From the NCBI GenBank assembly GCA_002633005.1, contig NMRA01001112.1, forward strand, positions 1-53,652: a DNA stretch of 53,652 bases, given 5' to 3'. A model generated the notes under the pieces. It was not told the origin of the DNA. It did no database searches and was given only the letters and a program-made list of their open reading frames with translations. Shown piece after piece: positions 47,201 to 53,652 of the stretch (its first letter is position 1; each line of letters begins with the position of its first letter). The stretch is from Phoronis australis (lineage: Eukaryota > Animalia > Phoronida). Made by a program: the position numbers and the translations under genes.

Positions 47201-48938
47201 TGTAACATCGGAACGTATGTACATTGTGATTTTTTAGGCCCCGAAATTACATTGAGTACGGATAAATCCATAACAGTTAGCAGCTTTGGATCTATCACAG
47301 ATACAACCCGGAGAGCTTGTATTTTTGTATTTTGTATCTTTGGTTAAAATTCCACAGTGCATTTGGTGGGTCACTGGGAGAGACGAGCGGAGCAGACGCT
47401 ACTACACCCAAATCAACAGTCACCAAGGCGACGGCAGGGATTTCTACTAGTGTCACAAAAACCAGAACTAAGACGGAGTAAGTTTAAGGGGAACAAATGT
47501 GTGAGATATTAGGCTTGTATTCACGTATCAAGTGCACAGTGACACCTGGTGGCAGCCATGTTGCTGTTCTCGACAGTCAGAAAAGAATACAAGTATTAGA
47601 GATAACTATTCACAACACACAATTCTTAGTTTGAGTTTTTGATAATGCTTTGAGCATAGTTACGTGCGCGTATAAACTCAACTATTCTCACTGAATGACA
47701 TTAAGGAACTCGTCATCAGGTCTTAAGAATGTTTATGAAGAAACTTGATGGTGATGAGAACAATGGCTCACCAAGATTGTAATGAGGCCTGAGCTGATAT
47801 GTGTCTCCACGTGTTGTTAATGTATGCTGTTGTTAAGAAATTGTCGCAATTCCTGTCAAAAGTAATATTGATAAACTGTGTTGCTACCAGTTTGTTACTA
47901 AGCAACTTAATTAGGCAAAGAAGAATTAAAATTGGAGTTGTAACAAGGTTCTCAATATTTCTGTAGCACCAGATCAACCCAGCCTATCCGCACTCAAGGA
48001 ACTAGCTTTGTGATACCGTTGTCAAAGTCGTTTACTGACACAGAGAGAGTGAAGCCGTTGGGGCCCAACCCTGAGTTGGTCAAGGGCACTGATTTAAGTC
48101 TCATTATGTGAGTATAGCATTCACTTGGGCTCTGTGCACAGCTTCTTGATCTGTGCCAGTTTTATGTGTTTTTCTATTTCTTGTCTACCTTCCTTTTTCT
48201 TTGCTTAATGATTTTTGTGCTATTTGCCGGTTTCTAAAAGTCAACAAAAGAGTGAGTTGTTTAATGAAGGAAAGTGTTTCAGTGATGATGTATGCGGGAA
48301 ATTTGATTTTTTATGTGTCCAGCTGTGATTGGATATCACCATCACCGGCCAATAGGTTGCTGCTGAGGAGATAACAATGTCAGTAGATTTTTGTTTGGAT
48401 CCGACGTATTGTACACCACCTTGTGGACATTTCTGTTATTTTTTAGTCTGTTTTCTGGCATCTGCCACTCTGTCTGCCAAACTGCTCAAAGGATCTTATG
48501 AAAATTAGCAGATTTGTTCCTGATGAAAAGACCATGAATGATGTTTATTTTTGGATGAGTCTGACTAAGGTGTCGCCCCTTTGTGATGATTTTGGTGTTT
48601 TGCTATACCTGCCGACCTATGAAGGTGCTTTGTGAAATTTGGCAGAAATAGCAACAGTGAGCGCCGAGTTTGGACAAGGGGCTTTTCAGTTGTCCCCTTT
48701 GCAGCCATGAATTCCCGCTAATGTTGTGCTACACATTTTCTGTTCCAGCGATAATTACCAGAAGGCGAATGGGCCTAACAAAGAGCTGAGAGTAGGTCCG
48801 CAGAGAGACTTGGTGGCAGGTCCTCAGGGAGGTGTCGGTCGTGACCCCACCATGGCTGTTGGACCCGATATTGAAAACTGTAGCGGTCCAGAGCAAGGCC
48901 TTGCTGAGGGACCTCAAAGGATCATATGCTGTTTTTAG
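32127..48938 (+). CDS. Uncharacterised WW + Q-rich/coiled-coil + CUE/UBA-like + GP-repeat protein; join(32127-32206, 33920-34016, 35318-36061, 36541-36807, 37938-38084, [missing exon], 42541-42610, 43839-43941, 44499-44631, 45834-45980, 47358-47477, 47967-48107, 48749-48938)
   Basis: Twelve exons (2239 nt) are open and phase-compatible at every junction except 38084->42541, where a 3n+2-nt piece is missing (a gap lies at 41782-41897). Confidence 0.82.
33920..34016 (+). CDS. Exon 2: YFYINHSTRTTTWTDPRQEYYSQMAQQQQHMQQ (second half of the WW domain)
   Basis: tttcag|c acceptor completes TAC; YFYINH..TTTW.DPR signature; donor cag|gtattg. Confidence 0.92.
35014..35113. repeat. 14-bp minisatellite (ctcctgtgaccact)n abutting an assembly gap
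   Basis: About seven copies seen directly. Confidence 0.95.
35318..36061 (+). CDS. Exon 3: Q/Y-rich tract followed by E/R/K/Q-rich helix (248 codons)
   Basis: cttacatag|GCC phase-0 acceptor; the donor is uncertain (CAG|gcaggc, or 9 nt later TGT|gtttgt). Confidence 0.8.
36541..36807 (+). CDS. Exon 4: polyQ/H-rich
   Basis: ttcctgcatag| acceptor; 89 open codons; cag|gtcagc donor. Confidence 0.8.
37938..38084 (+). CDS. Exon 5: acidic (SDDDDAYSEDFESDSD)
   Basis: cttccag| ... atg|gtaggc; phase 0-0. Confidence 0.75.
40587..40751 (+). repeat. ~83-bp tandem duplication (intronic)
   Basis: ttatgcta..gagtggagcttttt..acccacaatgctcctgggtcagacatggctggccagttttactgcatacta occurs twice. Confidence 0.9.
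42541..42610 (+). CDS. Exon EYNDESKTRAELLSMGYQKVTPQ (end of a CUE/UBA-like unit)
   Basis: atatttcag| ... cag|gtgagt. Confidence 0.8.
43274..43365. repeat. Near-perfect palindrome: 45-bp arms, 2-nt loop
   Basis: 43274-43318 versus 43321-43365 with one mismatch. Confidence 0.95.
43839..43941 (+). CDS. Exon PKKTYGQP...PSEADKQR
   Basis: acttgcag| ... c|gtaagt; phase 0-1. Confidence 0.82.
44499..44631 (+). CDS. Exon LQNKLAGEFKTCSAAVVKMALESSMYDEGKAKAVLKMM (CUE-like three-helix unit)
   Basis: aaacag| ... ac|gtgagt; phase 1-2. Confidence 0.85.
44744..45120 (+). mobile_element. Old L2/CR1-group LINE 3' fragment with an inverted duplication at its 5' side
   Basis: WCELPNDVKDILTLSSLNIKL resembles the WNxLP..K...L..FK.KL ORF2 terminus, followed by a T-rich UTR. 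Confidence 0.5.
45834..45980 (+). CDS. Exon, S/T/P-rich linker (SPPR x2)
   Basis: tgtaacag| ... ag|gtacga; phase 2-2. Confidence 0.75.
47358..47477 (+). CDS. Exon, T/S-rich linker (not in the ORF track)
   Basis: ttccacag| ... ga|gtaagt; open; phase 2-2. Confidence 0.78.
47967..48107 (+). CDS. Exon ending ..KPLGPNPELVKGTDLSLI (start of the GP repeats; not in the ORF track)
   Basis: tttctgtag| ... at|gtgagt; open; phase 2-2. Confidence 0.8.
48749..48938 (+). CDS. Terminal exon: GP octad repeats, ends RIICCF*
   Basis: tgttccag|c acceptor in phase with the previous exon; TAG at 48936-48938. Confidence 0.88.
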
Positions 48939-51900
48939 CCCGAGTTGATGTTGTATAGGTGTCTTACAGTGACTGTCTGACTGAACCCTTGTCATACACA
49001 GCATGCAGTAGATAGAGACGTGTCTTAAGGTAATTGTATCTAACTGGTGTGTTGTAATACATTGTATACAGTAGATAGAGACATGTCATAAGGTCGCTGT
49101 ATCTCAGTCATGTGTTGTAATACGTGGCATGGAGTAGATAGAGACGTGTCATTAAGCGGCTGTATCTGACTGATGAATTGTTATACACAACGTACAATAC
49201 ATAGCCAGTGGAATTTGTTTCAGAATCTTTATACAGAAATAAGCTTTTTTAATGCTACAAGTTTGACTTGTGTGACAGCAAGCTACATTTTAAAACAGTT
49301 TTGCTTATGAAAATAATCTACATGTATATGGCACGGAAGAAAAGAAGGGAAAAATTTAACATTTGATGTCAAGCAGTTAACGAAACTGAGTGTACATCTA
49401 AAATTCCAAACAAAAATTATAAGTATTTGGTTGTTCCTGAACTGTCAACTGTAAGTAGTGAAATGTACTCTTGGAGACAACTCCTAGCCTCTCTAATTGC
49501 TCAGATGTCTTTCTCGTCGTAGGTCATGTGGTTATGGACATAATCATCAAGTTAATGCCACATGGTTGTATTAAAGCGCAGTAGATTCCTGGTATTTCTT
49601 TCGTGTCGTCCATGTTGACTGAATGCTATGTGGTGAAAGGCCTTCAAACATTGTACAGAACATAAATATTCGTAAGAGTTAATTGCTTTTTACCGCTATC
49701 TAGGGTAAAATTTTTTCTCTACCCCGCAAAACTGTGAAATGTGAATGTTTTAGTCTATCACACAAAATGTATAATGTAAACTGTTTACTCAGCCACACAA
49801 AATGTAAAATGTAAAGGTTTTACTCTATTGCACAAAATGTAAACATTTTACTCTGCCAAACAAGATGTCTGTGTCATGAAAGTTTATTTCCATCACAAAC
49901 TGAATCATTCACAGCATTGGCAAATAAATAATGTCTAGAGATTTTACTGAGGTAGTTCTGATTTGTAATCTGCCTTGTATCAATCAATATTCTCCAGTCC
50001 ATTGTTAGGAAGATGGAATTCAATTACTTTCGTGCCAAGTAAAGTTTTCCGTAAATGAAGAAAAGAAGTGTTCGTTCTAGAAGTAATATCAAGTCTGCAC
50101 GTTGGTACTGTTTGTTGTAGAGTCTGGCTTCAGTGTACAGGTGTACCTATGCTATAACTATTACTACTGTTGTTATTGTTATTTATTTCTTATTTTATCA
50201 CAATGCGGTGTATACTGATGTAATGAAGACATGGGTGATGGATTGGCAGTTGAAGGTGTTCTAATGAATTTAATGGACTCAGATACGCGGATAATACTGG
50301 ATGTGACAATGGAGTGGGCTCAAGACATGGTTTGTGCATATTGGCCCTCACCAGGTGGCGCTAAGGTCACTGTGACTTTGTTACCTTCAGGAATATTGTG
50401 CGTTTGGCATAGTGGGGACAAAAGCAAAAAATTCTGGAATTGGATTAAAAAATGTACTTCTGCCAGGTTCCTTGAACTGAAGAGCACTGCATCTGAAGGT
50501 GGGAGTGGGGTGATTAAATCGGATGGTGTGAGAGGAGTGGGTGCACCCGATGGACGTGGGCCTCATGGTGGTGTGCTTGGCAGTTTTGTACCCCTACCAT
50601 GGAACATTACATCTGTACCGTACTTTTACATTGCGTGTCAGCCTCTTTCATTATATGCGTACTTATATGATTTCCTAAATTTTGTTTTTAATCGTTTTAG
50701 TGGCAATAAAGACACCGCAATTTTACTTCTTTGTTAGTAATTAAAAAAAGGCTGATATGAAAGTGTCTGAGAGAAAAGTGAGCCCGTATGATTCTGCAGC
50801 GCGCTACTGAGATCGAATCATTGCCTAGCTGTTTGTATTGCGCAAGTCTGTTGTCATAGTCTGGTCAGGGTGCGGCACGTGCCAGGTGTTAAGTTTCGTG
50901 TCTAAGATAACGACGCAAAGGCTCGTTATTTCAAAGTGTCACTGAAGACCAGGTAGGCGACGAAATTTTCACGTCGTAGTCTAAGACTAGAGAGAAATAG
51001 AATTTAGGAAATCAGCATTCGGTAGTGGTCAAACCTACATGTAGTGTATATAGACTTGGGATTTGTTTTGAGGTGCGACTTCGCGCGACCGATTTGTTAC
51101 ACATGTATCTTATTCTACCATTGCTATCTTGTTATTGGCTGAGAGCGCCGGCTCATCTCTACAGGAGTGCACACCAAATGTAACCAGTTGTGGAAAAAGA
51201 AACTCGAAAAATTCCAGTTCAATATATCAGAATGACGAAAGTGTTTAAAATGATAATCGGCAAATTACGGATGGTTGTTGAGACGCAGGAGAGACTGACG
51301 GATTTAAAAGTTTGCAGTAGCTAAAGTGAAACAGCTCTGAACTGTCAGTACATGTAATTGTCACCTTTTCGGACGCTCGCGCAGTTGGGAATAGCGCAAC
51401 TGTCGACAGTACTCGTGAACTGTAAAGGACCAGGCCAGGGGCAAATGGGAAACGCGGACCAAAATGGTCGGAACAGTGGGTGACGGAGATGTGAAAACAT
51501 TGGGCTTACTAGATTTATGAATTACCCGACCACGCCATCCAAACTATCAAAGTAGACCCATGGAGTTGACGTGGTCGGCAGTATGCATACTCGATATCAA
51601 CTGTTCATGTACTACATGTGTCGAAGTATGATCAAAACATGTCAATAGGCTCGAAGTTTATTTTTGCGTACCGGTGTATATCAGTAGGCCTAGCCAACAT
51701 TAAGCGTGAGTGGTTCGAATTTGTGGAACGGTGGGCCTTAGCTATTTTTATAAATGTCGACACTGTAGTTTTCGGTAAGGCCCTCGGCTTAATTAATGAG
51801 GATGTTGTGATGGTTGCTCACAAAGAACGCCGGGACACACCTTCAGGTTTGTGACTGCGTCTGCGCCTTCTTGGACTTTTGTGTCGTTTTCTCGGACTTG

Positions 51901-52295
51901 TTGTTTCTCTGAGGTGGACGTTTTTACCCACTTCGCCAAATGGGGGGGGGGCTCGTTCGAGCCCCCCGAGCTCTCCCTGGGTGCGCGCATGCACTTGCAT
52001 TTTTTAAAATGATGATGAATTATAGGCATAGGCCTACTGATGAATTATCAGCCACGATACATTCATTAAATCCATGTCAAGATGTCAACGCAGCGCGATT
52101 AAAAGATTTGGGGTCGCTGCAGCTCAACCTCGCCGAAGGAAGCACGTTCATGGCCGGGTTGAACTAAGTGAACTAAGCCACCCTGTCTGTGCCAGTCTTC
52201 ACGAAGTCGGGGAGTCCCATTCAGTCTTCTTAATTTTTAGATATCGTTGTAGTTAGTAGGGTACTACCAGTAGCTGCAACAATATTGTTGTTTTG

Positions 52296-53093
52296 CATTA
52301 TCCTATCTTTTGCGGATATGCTGGACCTGGACCTTTTTCAGCGGCCGGGAGACGGGGTTCAAGCGAACCCCCCAAACCCCTCCTGACTACGGGCCTGTCG
52401 TCAGTAGGCCTACTGTGTTGACAATTAATGTGAGTATGCTTGACTGTCGCCGGTTATATGACGATGCCATAGCTCGGCATCTGGTAGTCCAATGAGCGAC
52501 TACTCCATCGGTTCCACTTTACCATCTGACTAGGACATAGTTCTCGATGAAGATTTCCGGCTTGAAATCAATAAAATGTGTACAGTGTGTTGGTCTGGGT
52601 GAACTTGCGAAGTGCATTATCTCGTCTTTTGAGGAAAATTAAATAATTGACTCGTCCCAGTCCCATCACAAGCCCGTTCTCATAATTTGAGNCATTATCC
52701 TATCTTTTGCGGATATGCTGGACTTGGACCTTTTCAGCGGCCGGGAGATGGGGTTCGAGCGGAGCGAACCCCCCAAACCCCTCCTGACTACGGGCCTGTC
52801 GTCAGTAGGCCTACTGTGTTGACAATTAATGTGAGTATGCTTGACTGTCGCCGGTTATATGACGATGCCATAGCTCGGCATCTGGTAGTCCAATTGAGCG
52901 ATCACTCCACCGGTTCCACTTCACCATCTGACAAGGACATAGTTCTCGATGAAGATTTCCGGCTTGAAATCAATAAAATGTGTACAGTGTGTTGGTCTGG
53001 GTGAACTTGTGAAGTACATTATCTCGTCTTTTGAGGAAAATTAAATAATTGACTCGTCCCAGTCCCATCACAAGCCCGTTCTCATAATTTGAG
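52296..53093 (+). repeat. ~400-bp tandem duplication centred on the single N at 52692 (probable unmerged contig overlap)
   Basis: 52296-52691 is repeated at 52693-53093; single copy at ~4639-5034. Confidence 0.85.
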
Positions 53094-53652
53094 TTTCACC
53101 CCTTTCCATTTCGCGTGTGGGTCCGTCATTGATGGTTCGCATTTTTGGTTTCTCTTTCCCTTCCGAAGTTTCAGCCCTCCTATCCTTATCCAGTGGCGGA
53201 TTTAGGGGTGGGGGACAAGGGGGCCACGGTCCCCCTAAAATTCTAGTAGATACCATTTTGAAGTGTGGGCACGCGCGCATCCAGGGGGCGAATAAACAAT
53301 ATATAGGCCTTGAAAAAAAACCCCTTTACCGTTTTTTAGCTATAAGGTCTGCAAACCCAAAGATTCAAGACCCCTGCATCCCGCGTTCATGTAGGCTACC
53401 GAAATCACGTTATTTCTGCTGCGCCCTGCCCCCTAACTCAAAATCCTGGATCCACCCCTGTTATCCGCGCCCGACTTTTGATTCCGTCCATCCCGTTCGA
53501 AAATGTCCGTCTTGCCCATTTCGCAACAATAGGCCTACCTACCATTTTAAGTTCGTCCTCCCCTTATACGATAGCCCGACTGTTCCGTGTTTCCGTTCGT
53601 GGCTAAGAGTGCTGGAGCTGTCGACCCACGTAAAGAACAAAAACTCGTGTCG

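Larger units (their letters stand above)
48582..53536 (+). repeat. Long direct repeat, copy 2
   Basis: See 1-5505; lacks the LINE insert, a 21-bp duplication and 3563-4185. Confidence 0.97.

Noticed and set aside
1-53536. The 5-kb direct repeats as LTRs of a giant retroelement or provirus
   Set aside because: They contain a host terminal exon and intron; no TG..CA ends, primer-binding site or gag/pol between them

Overview
AT-rich, intron- and repeat-rich animal genomic DNA. It looks like a marine invertebrate (inference only) and comes from a draft assembly with N gaps at 34030-35013 and 41782-41897 and single-N joins at 5694, 31995 and 52692. Two genes are well supported, both on the + strand. 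(1) A single-coding-exon TRIM-NHL (RING/B-box/B-box/coiled-coil/NHL) E3 ligase at 13579-15555. (2) A multi-exon gene at 32127-48938 that the ORF track does not assemble. I rebuilt it from phase-consistent splice sites as: WW domain, Q/Y-rich tract, E/R/K/Q helix, two CUE/UBA-like units, S/T/P linker, GPxxxLxx octad repeats, C-terminal ICCF. The last exon of this gene plus ~5 kb downstream is present twice (1-5505 and 48582-53536), either as a recent tandem duplication or as two haplotypes laid end to end; comparing the copies exposes a fresh 5'-truncated LINE insertion. The middle contig (5695-31994) contains diverged duplicates of the TRIM gene's upstream and downstream flanks, suggesting a decaying TRIM array. 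It also holds a solo LTR with clustered heat-shock elements, a 6-kb CAC-terminated element carrying convergent zinc-finger and possible YqaJ-like nuclease remnants, a THAP/DDE transposase relic and many MITEs. No prokaryotic system, CRISPR array, rRNA or intact tRNA gene was seen.
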